From: Hyphomicrobiaceae bacterium
Lineage (GTDB): Bacteria > Pseudomonadota > Alphaproteobacteria > Rhizobiales > Hyphomicrobiaceae
NCBI GenBank assembly: GCA_025359185.1
Contig: JANYHF010000106.1
Span: 4,795 to 68,794 of the forward strand
DNA length: 64,000 bases
Direction of reading: 5' to 3'
Part shown: positions 47,294 through 56,174 of the stretch, piece after piece
Position numbering within the stretch: the stretch's first letter is position 1
Layout of the letters: the number at the start of each line of letters is the position of its first letter
Position numbers and translations under genes: made by a program
The notes under the pieces: generated by a model
What the model saw: only the letters and a program-made list of their open reading frames with translations
Databases searched by the model: none
Told to the model about the DNA's origin: nothing

Positions 47294-48574
47294 ATGTTCG
47301 ACATCAAATGGATACGCGACAACCCGGCCGCTTTTGACGCGGGCCTTGCGCGGCGCGGGCTTGATCCGTTGTCGGCTCAATTGCTGGCGCTCGACGAGGA
47401 GCGCCGCGCGCTGGTGACAAAACTCCAGGACGCGCAAGGCAAGCGCAACGCCGCCTCCAAGGAGATCGGCAAGGCCAAGGCCGCAAAGGACGACGTGACG
47501 GCCGCGCGGCTGATGGAGGAGGTGGCGGCGGCCAAGCTGATCATTGCGGCGGGCGAGGAGAACGAGCGCCGGCTGGATAAGGCGCTGACAGATCAATTGT
47601 CGGTGATCCCCAACATTCCGCTGGCCGAAGTGCCCGATGGTGCGGACGAGAAGGGTAATCGCGAAGTGCGCCGCGTTGGCGAGCCACCAAGACTCGCAAC
47701 CAACAAGCCAAAGCAGCATTTCGAGATCGGCGAAGCGCTCGGGATGATGGATTTCGAGACCGCCGGAAAAGTGTCGGGCGCGCGGTTTGTTTACTTGAAG
47801 GGCAAGCTGGCACGGCTCGAACGGGCGCTGGCCAATTTCATGCTCGATCTGCATACGGCAGAATTCGGCTACACCGAGATCGATCCGCCGCTAATGGTGC
47901 GCGATGATGCGATGTTTGGGACGGGGCAGCTGCCGAAGTTTGCGGAGGATTTGTTTCAGACGACCAACGGTCTCTGGCTCATCCCTACCGCCGAAGTCTC
48001 GCTCACCAATCTCGTCCGTGAGCAAATCATCGATGAGGCGGACTTGCCCATCCGGCTCACGGCCTGGACGCCGTGCTTCCGCTCGGAGGCGGGTGCCGCC
48101 GGAAAAGACACGCGCGGCATGATCCGCCAGCATCAGTTCTCCAAGGTGGAACTCGTCGCTGTGACAACGCCAGATCAATCGCTGGCCGAGCACGAACGCA
48201 TGACGGCCGCCGCCGAAACCGTGCTGCAACGCCTTGGCCTCGCCTACCGCACGATGCTCCTGTGCACCGGCGACATGGGCTTTGGCAGCCAGAAAACCTA
48301 CGACATCGAAGTTTGGCTACCGGGCCAGAACGCCTATCGCGAAATCTCCTCCTGCTCAGTGTGCGGTGATTTTCAGGCGCGCCGCATGAACGCGCGTTGC
48401 AAGGCCAAGGGCGCCAAGGAAACGCGCTTCGTCCACACCCTCAACGGCTCGGCCCTGGCCGTCGGCCGCACGCTGGTCGCCGTGCTGGAAAACTATCAGC
48501 AGACGGATGGCAGCATCGTCGTTCCCGAGATGCTGCGGCCGTATATGGGCGGGATGGAGAAGATTGAGGCGTGA
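47294..48574 (+). CDS. serS: serine--tRNA ligase
   Basis: [11 protein letters not shown], a coiled-coil arm, and class II motifs ([46 protein letters not shown]). Confidence 0.95.
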   Translation: MFDIKWIRDNPAAFDAGLARRGLDPLSAQLLALDEERRALVTKLQDAQGKRNAASKEIGKAKAAKDDVTAARLMEEVAAAKLIIAAGEENERRLDKALTDQLSVIPNIPLAEVPDGADEKGNREVRRVGEPPRLATNKPKQHFEIGEALGMMDFETAGKVSGARFVYLKGKLARLERALANFMLDLHTAEFGYTEIDPPLMVRDDAMFGTGQLPKFAEDLFQTTNGLWLIPTAEVSLTNLVREQIIDEADLPIRLTAWTPCFRSEAGAAGKDTRGMIRQHQFSKVELVAVTTPDQSLAEHERMTAAAETVLQRLGLAYRTMLLCTGDMGFGSQKTYDIEVWLPGQNAYREISSCSVCGDFQARRMNARCKAKGAKETRFVHTLNGSALAVGRTLVAVLENYQQTDGSIVVPEMLRPYMGGMEKIEA

Positions 48575-48621
48575 CGCCGGGTTGCTGTTTGCCTCAAGGT
48601 GCAACACTGACGAGCCCGCCT

Positions 48622-48945
48622 ATGCCATATTACTCCGCCTACATTGTCGAATGCGCAGACGGTACGCTGTATGCGGGCATCGCGACGGACGTGGCGCGGC
48701 GGATTACCGAGCACAACGGCGACAAGCCCAAGGGCGCGCGTTACACGTCGGGCCGCCGGCCGGTGCGGCTCGTGTTTGAAGCGTCCTTCGCCACGCGGTC
48801 GGAGGCGCTGAAGGAGGAGGCGCGCATCAAGCGGCTGACGCGGGCGGAAAAGCAGGACCTTATTTCCTCTGGCAACACCCCCGAACCTCATCCTGAGGAG
48901 CGCTCTCTAGAGCGCGTCTCGAAGGATGAGGGTGCCGCGCGATGA
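48622..48945 (+). CDS. GIY-YIG nuclease family protein (small URI-domain protein)
   Basis: ATG 48622. YYSAYIVECADGTLYAGIATDVARRITEHN...RYT...PVRLVF.E.F.TRSEALKEEARIKRL is the GIY-YIG core. Confidence 0.85.
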   Translation: MPYYSAYIVECADGTLYAGIATDVARRITEHNGDKPKGARYTSGRRPVRLVFEASFATRSEALKEEARIKRLTRAEKQDLISSGNTPEPHPEERSLERVSKDEGAAR

Positions 48946-50117
48946 CCGTCAGTTTACCCCCCTACGACGCCATCATCCTGGGCGCGGGCGCGGCTGGCCT
49001 CATGTGCGCGCTGACGGCGGGCCGGCGCGGGCGGCGCGTGCTGCTGCTGGAGCATACGGACAAGGCCGGCGCCAAGATCCTGATTTCGGGCGGCGGGCGC
49101 TGCAATTTCACCAATCTGGCGATCGCGCCGGAGCGGTTTCTCTCAAGCAATCCGCAATTCGCGACGTCGGCGCTGCGGCGCTACACGCAAGGCGATTTCA
49201 TCGCCATGGTGCAGCGGCACCATATTGCATTCCACGAAAAGACGCTTGGGCAGCTGTTCTGCGACGGTTCGGCACGGGCGATTGTGGGTATGCTGCTTGA
49301 AGAGTGCGCGGCGGGCGGTGTTGATCTCCGGCTGGGACAGACGATCAGCTCAGTGACCAAGCCCGGTCTGTTCCGTGTGGAGACCACGGCGGGACCATTC
49401 ACCGCGCCTGCGCTGGTGCTGGCAACGGGCGGCCTGTCAATCCCCAAGATGGGGGCGACGGGGCTGGCCTATGATCTCGCAAGGCAGTTCGGCCTCAGGA
49501 TCATCCTGGCGCGGCCGGGACTGGTGCCGTTCAAGGCGGCTGACGCGGATGCGGCCATGGCGGGCGTGTCGCTCGACGCCATTGCCAGCCTTGGCCGCCA
49601 GAGCTTTCGCGAGAACATCCTCTTTACCCATCGCGGCCTGTCCGGTCCGGCAATCCTTCAGATCTCGTCCTATTGGCGGCAGGGTGAGGCGATCACGCTC
49701 GATTTGTTGCCCGGTCACGATCCGGCGGCGTTCCTCACCGAACGCAAACGCGCCCGCCCCAAGGCCGCGCCGCAAACGGTGCTAGCGGAACTACTACCGT
49801 CGCGCCTCGCGCAGGCGATGACGGCGGCGCATCTGCCGCCCGGCGAACTGGCGAACATCCCGGACCGGACGCTGGCGGCGTTCGCAGGCGTGCTGAAAGC
49901 CTGGGAGTTCCGCCCCTCCGGCACCGAAGGTTACGCCAAAGCCGAAGTCACCGCCGGCGGCATCGACACGCGCGACCTCTCCTCCAAAACCATGGAAGCG
50001 CGGGAACAGCCCGGTCTCTATGCCATCGGCGAGGCGGTGGATGTCACCGGCTGGCTCGGCGGCTACAATTTCCAATGGGCCTGGTCGAGCGGCTGGTCGG
50101 CGGGGGACGCGGTCTAA
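48942..50117 (+). CDS. BaiN/RdsA (HI0933/YhiN-like) NAD(P)/FAD-dependent oxidoreductase
   Basis: YDAIILGAGAAGLMCA, ILISGGGRCNFTN, and GEAVDVTGWLGGYNFQWAWSSG at the C-terminus. ATGA overlap with the preceding gene. Confidence 0.9.
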   Translation: MTVSLPPYDAIILGAGAAGLMCALTAGRRGRRVLLLEHTDKAGAKILISGGGRCNFTNLAIAPERFLSSNPQFATSALRRYTQGDFIAMVQRHHIAFHEKTLGQLFCDGSARAIVGMLLEECAAGGVDLRLGQTISSVTKPGLFRVETTAGPFTAPALVLATGGLSIPKMGATGLAYDLARQFGLRIILARPGLVPFKAADADAAMAGVSLDAIASLGRQSFRENILFTHRGLSGPAILQISSYWRQGEAITLDLLPGHDPAAFLTERKRARPKAAPQTVLAELLPSRLAQAMTAAHLPPGELANIPDRTLAAFAGVLKAWEFRPSGTEGYAKAEVTAGGIDTRDLSSKTMEAREQPGLYAIGEAVDVTGWLGGYNFQWAWSSGWSAGDAV

Positions 50118-50130
50118 GGCTGCAAAGCGT

Positions 50131-50189
50131 GTCATCCCGTGCGCGGTGCAGCATTCTTCATGATGCGCCGCAGACACGGGACGTTTTTT
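50131..50189 (+). terminator. solo REP-like palindromic unit followed by a T run (probable terminator of 48942..50117)
   Basis: GTCATCCCGTGCGCGGTGCAGCATTCTTCATGATGCGCCGCAGACACGGGAC (imperfect hairpin), then GTTTTTTG, starting 14 nt after the stop. Confidence 0.55.
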
Positions 50190-50294
50190 GCGGCTCATGC
50201 GCGGAAGGGTGCCACGGCCACCGATGGAAGGTGTGTAAGCAGAATCGCACAAACAGCAACGCGAGAGTCTGGATGCACCAGACCCCCGCGCTGA

Positions 50295-50328
50295 GCAAGA
50301 AGCAGACCCGGGCAGCGAACCGCCCGGG
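50295..50328 (-). terminator. possible terminator of the RTX gene
   Basis: Stem CCCGGGC / GCCCGGG (50307-50313 and 50322-50328) with an 8-nt loop. It is followed on the minus strand by TCTGCTTCTT, and begins 9 nt past the stop at 50337. Confidence 0.35.
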
Positions 50329-50336
50329 AAAGAGTG

Positions 50337-52103
50337 TTAGGCGACCACGATGAAATCAGTGCTATCGAGCACGCTTAAGCCGTGGGGGCCCGGGGTCGTA
50401 TTCGTGTCAAAGGTTGCTACAGTCACCGCTGCGCCCACGCCCGCTCCGTCCGCGTCGTACTTGAGCGTATTGACTGTCGCCGAGGTCGTAATGTCCAGGA
50501 AGAACTGGGCATGTGTGCCCGTTGCAGCAGTGCCGACAATGACGTCGGACACGTTGAGCGAGTACGAGGCCAGCTTACCCAGCGCATTGTACGTACCGTT
50601 CAAGATGCCAGCCGTCGGGCCGACGCCGAGATCGACGGTGGAATTGGCAACACCCGCAGAACCAATCGCAGCGACAGCGCCAAGGCCCAAGCTGCTGTAG
50701 TCGGTGAGGCTGATCTGAATTTTGTCGCCCTGAGTACTCGCGAAGCCGAAAATCGAGTCTATGCCCGCCGACGCCAGCGAAGTGCCGCCGATTTGCACGT
50801 AGTCAGCGGTCGACGTGGCCGTGAGATCGAACTTGTCGGCGCCTTGGCCGCCGATCAGGAAGTCCTTGCCGCTGCCGCTGGTAGCCGAGTAGATGGTGTC
50901 GGCGCCGTTGCCGGCCGAGACCGTGCCGCCACCAACTGCCGTGAACGTATCGTTGTAATCGGTACCGACGAGCTTCTCGATGGAAATCATCGAACCGCCG
51001 CCAGCTGTGCCGCTGAAGGTACCGAGGGACATATCGGCCGTGACAGCCCCCGAAACCTTGCTGAAGTCCAGCGTATCGCTGCCATTGCCGCCGTTGATCG
51101 TGTCACCGCTGACACCAGCCACATAGACTTGCGAGCCGTTGTGCAAGAAAATGCGATCAGCGCTTTCGCCACCGTTCACGGAGTCGTTGCCCGTGTTCAG
51201 AGTGCCGGCCGAAATGTTCGTGCTGGTGCCGCCAGCATCGATCGTGTCGCTGCCGAGGCCACCGTTGATGATGTTGCCACCAGTCGTGCCAGTCAGCGTG
51301 TCAGCGAACTTGGAACCGGTCACATTGCCAACGAGGGTGATGACGTCGCCGCTGGCGTCGCCGGTGCTGACCTGGGCCGTACCCAGCGCCAAGTTTACCT
51401 GCACAGCCGCCGAGCTCAACAGATAGCTTGTGGTTTCGTTGGCCGCGCCGGTGGCGCCACCAGTGATCACGTCGGCGCCGAGGCCGCCCGTCATCGTGTC
51501 CTTGACGCCAACCGTCGCGCTGCCGGTCAGCGTGTCGTTGCCAAGTTCGCCGTAGAGATGGTTCTGGGCATTGATGCCGTTGACAGCCGCGCCGCTGGTG
51601 GCAGCCGTGATCGAATCGTTGCCGGTGCCACCCCAGAGAGCGTGATTGTCCGACGCAACGCCGACGCCACCAACGATCGTGTCGTTACCGTCGCCGCCGT
51701 AGGAATACTGCGTGAACCACTTAGTCTGATTGCTGGCAAACGTCGTCACGTCCGCAGCGGTGGAAGCCTGGGCGCCCGTGATCAAGTCGTTGCCCTGGTC
51801 GCCCTTGAGGACCGAGTGGCCCGTGCCGGACACCGACAACGTGTCGTTGCCCAGGCCGCCATAGAGCGAGTCCTGCCCGCCGCCGCCCACAAGGCTGTCA
51901 TTGCCGATGTCGCCATAGAGGCGGTCGCGGCCGGTGCTGCCGTTCAGTGTGTCGTTGCCGCCGCCGCCGTAAGCTGCTTCCGGTGCGCCCGTCGCCGAAA
52001 CAACCGTGGTGATCGTGTCGTTACCCGCGAAGCCCAAAATCGTATAGTTGGTGGTGCTAGCGGTGAGTGTGTCACCGGCCTTAGTGCCCTTGAGGGTTGC
52101 CAT
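50337..52103 (-). CDS. RTX (hemolysin-type calcium-binding repeat) secreted protein
   Basis: Many GGxGxD nonapeptides (GGGGNDTLNGSTGRDRLYGDIGNDSLVGGGGQDSLYGGLGNDTL, GGTGNDSI, GGLGADVITGG, GGLGSDTI, GGNGSDTL, GGQGADKF), Gly/Thr/Ala-rich, no Cys. The C-terminus ...LDSTDFIVVA is typical of T1SS substrates. No T1SS genes nearby. Confidence 0.85.
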   Translation of the reverse strand: MATLKGTKAGDTLTASTTNYTILGFAGNDTITTVVSATGAPEAAYGGGGNDTLNGSTGRDRLYGDIGNDSLVGGGGQDSLYGGLGNDTLSVSGTGHSVLKGDQGNDLITGAQASTAADVTTFASNQTKWFTQYSYGGDGNDTIVGGVGVASDNHALWGGTGNDSITAATSGAAVNGINAQNHLYGELGNDTLTGSATVGVKDTMTGGLGADVITGGATGAANETTSYLLSSAAVQVNLALGTAQVSTGDASGDVITLVGNVTGSKFADTLTGTTGGNIINGGLGSDTIDAGGTSTNISAGTLNTGNDSVNGGESADRIFLHNGSQVYVAGVSGDTINGGNGSDTLDFSKVSGAVTADMSLGTFSGTAGGGSMISIEKLVGTDYNDTFTAVGGGTVSAGNGADTIYSATSGSGKDFLIGGQGADKFDLTATSTADYVQIGGTSLASAGIDSIFGFASTQGDKIQISLTDYSSLGLGAVAAIGSAGVANSTVDLGVGPTAGILNGTYNALGKLASYSLNVSDVIVGTAATGTHAQFFLDITTSATVNTLKYDADGAGVGAAVTVATFDTNTTPGPHGLSVLDSTDFIVVA

Positions 52104-52319
52104 AGTCCGTTTGCTCCTTGCTTGTCGAAAAACAGTTGGCCTGCTCGTTGGCCAATCTGCGCGAGCCGGGTAAATAGAAGCCTAACGGAATGACGCTTAC
52201 CGAGGTTTGTGACGCTCAACGCTTTACCTTGATGGACAAAGCGTCACCGGAAAGACGCAAAATTGCCGAAAATTTTCAAAGATTTGTATCAAATTGGCGC
52301 AATGGGCGGCGGGACCAGC

Positions 52320-52348
52320 TTGACAGGCCGGGTCATTGCAATATTTCT
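52320..52348 (+). promoter_or_regulatory. candidate sigma70-type promoter of rnpB
   Basis: Perfect TTGACA at 52320-52325 with an AT-rich -10-like stretch (CAATATTTC, 52339-52347), a few nt upstream of the predicted mature 5' end (52355). Spacer length ambiguous. Confidence 0.35.
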
Positions 52349-52354
52349 GCCACT

Positions 52355-52754
52355 CCAGTCGGCTGGACGGCCGCTGCGGGCGCGAATCAGTTGATTTCCG
52401 CCTGGAGAGGAAAGTCCGGGCTCCACGCAACGACGGTGCCGGATAACGTCCGGCGGGGGCGACCCCAGGGACAGTGCCACAGAGATCGAACCGCCTCGGA
52501 TGCGTCTGAGGTAAGGGTGAAAAGGTGCGGTAAGAGCGCACCGCGCGTCTGGTAACAGTCGTGGCAGGGCAAACCCCACCGGGAGCAAGACCGAATAGGG
52601 GTGGCACGGCGGTTTTCGGATCGCCAGCGCAGGAAGCGGCGCCGCCGCCCGGGTTGGTTGCTTGAGCCTTGGAGCAATCCAAGGCCTAGAGGAATGGCCG
52701 TCACGCGGGGGTGCGTCCCCTCGCCATACAAAACCCGGCTTATAGGCCGGCTGG
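52355..52754 (+). ncRNA. rnpB: RNase P RNA, bacterial type A
   Basis: Universal elements read directly: GAGGAAAGTCCGGGCTCC (P4 5' strand region), AGGGTGAAAAGGTGCGGTAAGAGCGCACCG, and ACAAAACCCGGCTTATAGGCCGGCTGG (P4 3' strand plus P1). The 5' CCAGTCGGCTGG pairs with the 3' end. Ends are accurate to about 5 nt. Confidence 0.9.
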
Positions 52755-52910
52755 AAAGTTTCGTTCGGTCCGTGCAGGCCGGGTTTTGAGTCCTTGATTG
52801 CCGCTGGCGACTCCCCTTCGGGGAGCCGGCCGCCAGCGGCGAAGAGTTGGGTCTCGCAGCTGCATCGTCTTTGCCAACGCGCTATCGGCGCGTTGTGGTA
52901 TGCTCGGCTC

Positions 52911-53498
52911 ATGAGCGCGGCCAAAAAGCTGAAGATGTCGGCGGACGAGTTCCTGTTGTGGTCTCTGACCCAGGAGGACGACTACGAGTTCGCCAATGGC
53001 GAGATCGTCGCGATGTCGCGCGACTGCAAGGGGCACAATGTCGCAAAAGGACTGGCGTTCGCGTCTCTCGCTTCCGCCATCCGCCGCGCCGGATTGCCGT
53101 GCACGCCCTATACCGACGGCATCGCTGTCAAAATCCCGGCCGGCGCGATCCGGCGCCCCGATGCCGCTGTCGATTGCGGCGAAACCTTCGATCCCGATGG
53201 CCTGGAGCTGGCCAACCCGATCATCCTGGTCGAGGTCGTCTCGGCGTCCAGCGAGCACACGGATACGAGCACCAAACTGGCCGAGTATTTCTCGATCCCG
53301 AGCGTCGCCCACTATCTGATCGTGATGCCGTTGAACCGAACGGTCATTCGTCACGCCCGGAACGCGGACCCCGCAGGGCCGATCCTGACCACGTTGCGCC
53401 GCGACGACGAGCTGCGCCTCGACCCGCCGGGCCTGGTGCTCGCAGTGGAGGATTTGTTTCCGCCGGAGATGCGCGAGCCAAGCCCTCAGAAGATGTGA
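52911..53498 (+). CDS. Uma2 family (DUF820) endonuclease
   Basis: ATG 52911. MSADEFLLW...DYEFANGEIVAMS, IRRPDAAV, PIILVEVVSASSEHTDTSTKLAEYFSIPSVAHYLIV carries the PD-(D/E)xK-like D...E.S/K pattern of Uma2 proteins. Confidence 0.8.
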   Translation: MSAAKKLKMSADEFLLWSLTQEDDYEFANGEIVAMSRDCKGHNVAKGLAFASLASAIRRAGLPCTPYTDGIAVKIPAGAIRRPDAAVDCGETFDPDGLELANPIILVEVVSASSEHTDTSTKLAEYFSIPSVAHYLIVMPLNRTVIRHARNADPAGPILTTLRRDDELRLDPPGLVLAVEDLFPPEMREPSPQKM

Positions 53499-53565
53499 GA
53501 GATTTCACAGCGAGAACACTTGCAGGCACTTGTCTTTCGAGTTGTCGCGACACTCGATCCCGTAC

Positions 53566-54939
53566 CTAGGCCACCGCAAGATCAGCCGGCAAAAGTATCG
53601 CCGCCTGCAAGCCCGTCGGCTCCAGCGTCCCCTCTGTTGTGGGAAGAGGGACTGAGTGAGGGGTTGAGATTTGCTCCGCTGGGGCGGCTTGGCGCCCGGA
53701 GCTGATCCGCGCAAAGCGGTCGCGGGCAGGGCCTTCGTCCGGGAATACCGGGATGATGGGCCCGGCGGGTTCCAAGGCGGCCTGTTCCGCAGGCGCCTCT
53801 TGGCGCAGGGCCAGGCGTAGGCGCTCTGAGGCTTCTGCCGATTTGGCGGGACGGGCCTTCCAGCTGAGGGCAGGCTTTTCGATCAGGAACCAGGACAGCG
53901 CGGCCACCGGCATCAACAGCGCCAGCGTCGCTCCCAGCAGGACGGGCTGCGACAGATGCGGGAACAAGTGCATCAGGGACTGCGCGATCACCCAATCATA
54001 GATGTAGACGCCGTAGGAGAGGTCGTTCTTGCGGGTGGCGGCGGCGAGCCAGCCTGCCGGGAGGCTGGCGGCCCAGAGAGTTGTGTAGGCGACAAAGACT
54101 TGATCGGCGGGCAGCTGGAAGCGGGTGCCGAGAGCAAGAGCCATCACGAAGAGCGCGCCGGCGACGCCAAACCAGTGCAGGGGCAGCTTGTCGCGCCAGG
54201 CGTAAGCGAGGGTGCCAAGGCCGAAGGAGAAGGAGAGACGGAGGAACGAGAGCAGCGTCGGGCCGGCATGCAACTGCTCAGGGAACGCGGCGACAGCGAC
54301 CCAGGCCAGCAGCAGCGGAGCAAGGGCGACGGTGGCCAGCTTGGCCGAGCGCATGACGCCCGCGGCACCGAGCAGGATGAGGCCGAGATAGCACATCGTT
54401 TCGTATTTCAGAGTCCACAGCGGCAAGTTGACAATGTCTGGCACCGGATTGTGCGTGAACACGCCCGGCAGCGGCGCATTGGCGGTGACCAAGCCGAACG
54501 ACAAGGCGATGTAGCGCCAGACGCCGGTGTCGCGGACGTATTGGAGCAGCGGCAAGTTGCTGAGCAGCGGGCCGGCCACCAGCGCCGTCAGGGCGACGCA
54601 CACCGCCAGGCCCGGCAGCAGCCGCAGCGCCCGCGCGCGCAGGTAATCGAGCGTAGTGGCCGAGCGCATCAGGCTGGCGGCGATCAGCACACCGCTGATG
54701 GTGAAGAAGACGTGCACCGCGTGCTCACCAAGCGAGAAGCCCGTCGCAGCCGCCAGCGGTTCGGCGCTTTCGGGCGCGCCCGCGAGGTGGACGCTGTGCG
54801 AGACGACCACGGCCAGCGCGGCTAGCAGCCGGAGCATCCCGAACGAGTTGCGGTCGGGTGCGAGGATATCGGCGAGGCGCGGGGCGGCAAAGGAGCTTGA
54901 GGGCGCTGTCACGGGTGTGGTCCAATCCCTGGAGGGCAA
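53566..54939 (-). CDS. acyltransferase family 3 (OafA/YrhL-like) integral membrane protein
   Basis: RNSFGMLRLLAALAVVVSHS..., about 10 TM segments, then a ~100-aa non-membrane C-terminal extension. Confidence 0.85.
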   Translation of the reverse strand: MPSRDWTTPVTAPSSSFAAPRLADILAPDRNSFGMLRLLAALAVVVSHSVHLAGAPESAEPLAAATGFSLGEHAVHVFFTISGVLIAASLMRSATTLDYLRARALRLLPGLAVCVALTALVAGPLLSNLPLLQYVRDTGVWRYIALSFGLVTANAPLPGVFTHNPVPDIVNLPLWTLKYETMCYLGLILLGAAGVMRSAKLATVALAPLLLAWVAVAAFPEQLHAGPTLLSFLRLSFSFGLGTLAYAWRDKLPLHWFGVAGALFVMALALGTRFQLPADQVFVAYTTLWAASLPAGWLAAATRKNDLSYGVYIYDWVIAQSLMHLFPHLSQPVLLGATLALLMPVAALSWFLIEKPALSWKARPAKSAEASERLRLALRQEAPAEQAALEPAGPIIPVFPDEGPARDRFARISSGRQAAPAEQISTPHSVPLPTTEGTLEPTGLQAAILLPADLAVA

Positions 54940-55018
54940 GAGGCAGTCGCCCCCGCGCAGCAGGTTTCGTGCCAGGATGGATTGGCGGGGTCATACCGTC
55001 GATCAGAAATAATAACTC

Positions 55019-55160
55019 GTCATCCCGAGCGCGGTGCAGCGATCCTTCATTGTTGCACCGCAGACGCGGGATCGTGTTGTTCGGAAAGGCGCTTGAGCCG
55101 CGAACAAAATCCCGGATCAGCGCAACACCATGAAGGAGGCTGCAGCGCATCCGGGATGAC
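55019..55160. repeat. composite MITE-like element (sister of 47105-47262)
   Basis: Unit 1 (55019-55071) is GTCATCCCGAGCGCGGTGCAGCGATCCTTCATTGTTGCACCGCAGACGCGGGAT. Unit 2 (55110-55160) is TCCCGGATCAGCGCAACACCATGAAGGAGGCTGCAGCGCATCCGGGATGAC. Terminal inverted repeat CGTCATCCCG / CGGGATGACG. Confidence 0.75.
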
Positions 55161-55238
55161 GGAACATGATAGGCCGGAATAGCCGCGTGGTGTCAGATCC
55201 TTTCGCAGGGAAGGGCGCTGGCTGATAGAGTGCTCACC

Positions 55239-56174
55239 ATGAAAAACACCGAACGGATGCTGGTCGATTGCCTCAAGCGCTATGGCGCGAGCCGGGGCAT
55301 CGATGTGCAATTACTCTCCCACGATTGGATCGCGGTGCTGAGCAAGGGCGCGCGGCGGCATCTGGTGTTTGGCTATGATCTTGGGCTGAACGGCGCGGCG
55401 GCGGCCAAGATCGCCAATGACAAGGGCGCGACGTTCGATGTGCTGCGCGCCGCAGGATTGCCCGCCGTCGAGCACCGGGTTTTCCTGCACCCGCGCTTTC
55501 TCGATTTCGTGCCGGTGGATGGCAATTGGACCGGTCTGCTCGCCGCGTTTGAAGGTTTCGGACGAGATGCGGTGCTGAAAGACAACGAGGGCACCGGCGG
55601 CATGGAGGTGTTCCGTGTGCGCAATCGTACGGAGATGGAGCAGCGGGCGCTTGGCCTGTTCCAGATCGCGCGCAGCCTCGCGATTTCGCCGTTCCTGCCG
55701 ATCCGTGACGAGACACGGTTTGTGATGATCGATGGCGAATGCGTGCTCGCTTACGCCAAGCAACGGGCCGAGATCACGGGGGATGGGCTGCATTCGGTGG
55801 CCCAGTTGCTAGCTACGCGCAAGATGGCGGCGGCCTATGACAATCCGCAGGTTCCGCTGACGGCTGTTCCAGCGGCGGGCGAACGCGTACCGCTGCAATG
55901 GCGGCATAATCTGGGGCTGGGCGCCGAGGCGAGACTGCTGGCCCACGCCGCACCGGAGTTGCAGGAGACTCTGGCACTCGCCCGCAAGGCGATGGCCGCG
56001 TTAACTTTACGCTTTGCCTCCATCGACATCGTCACCGTGGGCAGCACGCCGATGGTGCTGGAAGCCAACGCCGGCGTGATGCTGGAGGTCGCGAGCCGTC
56101 CCGAGTTCGGAGGCCGCGACCTCGCCGACCGCATTTATCACGATGTGCTCGACCGGATTTTCAGCGGTCAGTAG
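55239..56174 (+). CDS. ATP-grasp domain protein, function unknown
   Basis: DKGATFDVLRAAGLPAVEH, AVLKDNEGTGGMEVFRV, IRDETRFVMIDGE and FASIDIV....PMVLEANAG look like an ATP-grasp ligase core (RimK/cyanophycin-synthetase-like). ATG 55239; the track uses GTG 55230. Confidence 0.65.
   Translation: MKNTERMLVDCLKRYGASRGIDVQLLSHDWIAVLSKGARRHLVFGYDLGLNGAAAAKIANDKGATFDVLRAAGLPAVEHRVFLHPRFLDFVPVDGNWTGLLAAFEGFGRDAVLKDNEGTGGMEVFRVRNRTEMEQRALGLFQIARSLAISPFLPIRDETRFVMIDGECVLAYAKQRAEITGDGLHSVAQLLATRKMAAAYDNPQVPLTAVPAAGERVPLQWRHNLGLGAEARLLAHAAPELQETLALARKAMAALTLRFASIDIVTVGSTPMVLEANAGVMLEVASRPEFGGRDLADRIYHDVLDRIFSGQ

Noticed and set aside
50382-52193. 603-aa plus-strand ORF
   Set aside because: Antisense to the RTX gene. 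GGxGxD-encoding DNA reads as Arg/Ala/Val-rich nonsense on the other strand.
52224-52924. Several minus-strand ORFs of 110-210 aa (52224..52682, 52289..52924, 52387..52731)
   Set aside because: They overlap the RNase P RNA gene, whose universally conserved elements are present on the plus strand.
53956-54825. 289-aa plus-strand ORF, and 58174..59115, a 313-aa plus-strand ORF
   Set aside because: They are antisense to the acyltransferase-3 and ctpA genes respectively. Both are shadow ORFs.
47105-55160. Dispersed palindromic repeats as a possible CRISPR array
   Set aside because: The copies are kilobases apart, individually palindromic, variable in sequence and in both orientations. There is no regular repeat-spacer periodicity and no cas genes.
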